Below are positions 63,929 to 64,000 of a stretch of DNA of 64,000 nt, in pieces. This stretch comes from Paraspadella gotoi (lineage: Eukaryota > Animalia > Chaetognatha): NCBI GenBank assembly GCA_051294375.1, contig CM119263.1:30674258-30738257 (forward strand), written 5' to 3'. Made by a program: the position numbers and the translations under genes. The notes under the pieces are model-generated. The model was given only the letters and a program-made list of their open reading frames with translations, had not been told where the DNA came from and searched no databases. How positions within the stretch are numbered: position 1 is the stretch's first letter; the number at the start of each line of letters is the position of its first letter.

Positions 63929-64000
63929 AACAAGTTTGAGCAAACAATGTCGGATCCGCTTACGATAATTAATTAATTAATCGATTAATTAATTAATTAA
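63929..64000 (-). mobile_element. H1 HINE-like 3' terminus running off the window
   Basis: aacaagtttgagcaaacaatgtcggatcc. Confidence 0.7.

Overview
AT-rich, repeat-dense eukaryotic (probably invertebrate animal) draft sequence with N-gaps and long-read-type indel errors; no prokaryotic features, no rRNA and no CRISPR. Host genes are exons of at least two highly divergent cyclic-nucleotide-gated-family channel genes on the + strand that look multi-repeat (CNBD-6TM-CNBD in one frame, CNGK-like), plus degraded - strand fragments of the same family. The main element is a young 9.55 kb Gypsy-type LTR retroelement (18821-28373, - strand). It has non-canonical CAT...ATG LTR termini, a tRNA-Leu PBS, an extra ORF, an OTU-protease-like insert between RNase H and integrase, and a truncated signal-peptide (env-like) ORF. 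Also present: two TRIM families whose LTRs carry tRNA-like sequence (tRNA-Trp PBS, 4-bp TSDs), six Penelope-type minimal hammerhead motifs, many Helentron-associated (DINE-1/HINE-like) elements, hAT, Tc1-like and foldback MITEs, and a LINE remnant. Two striking structures (an inverted integrase copy and a 3.4 kb tandem duplication) are judged assembly artefacts. All family assignments are by eye; no database search was run.
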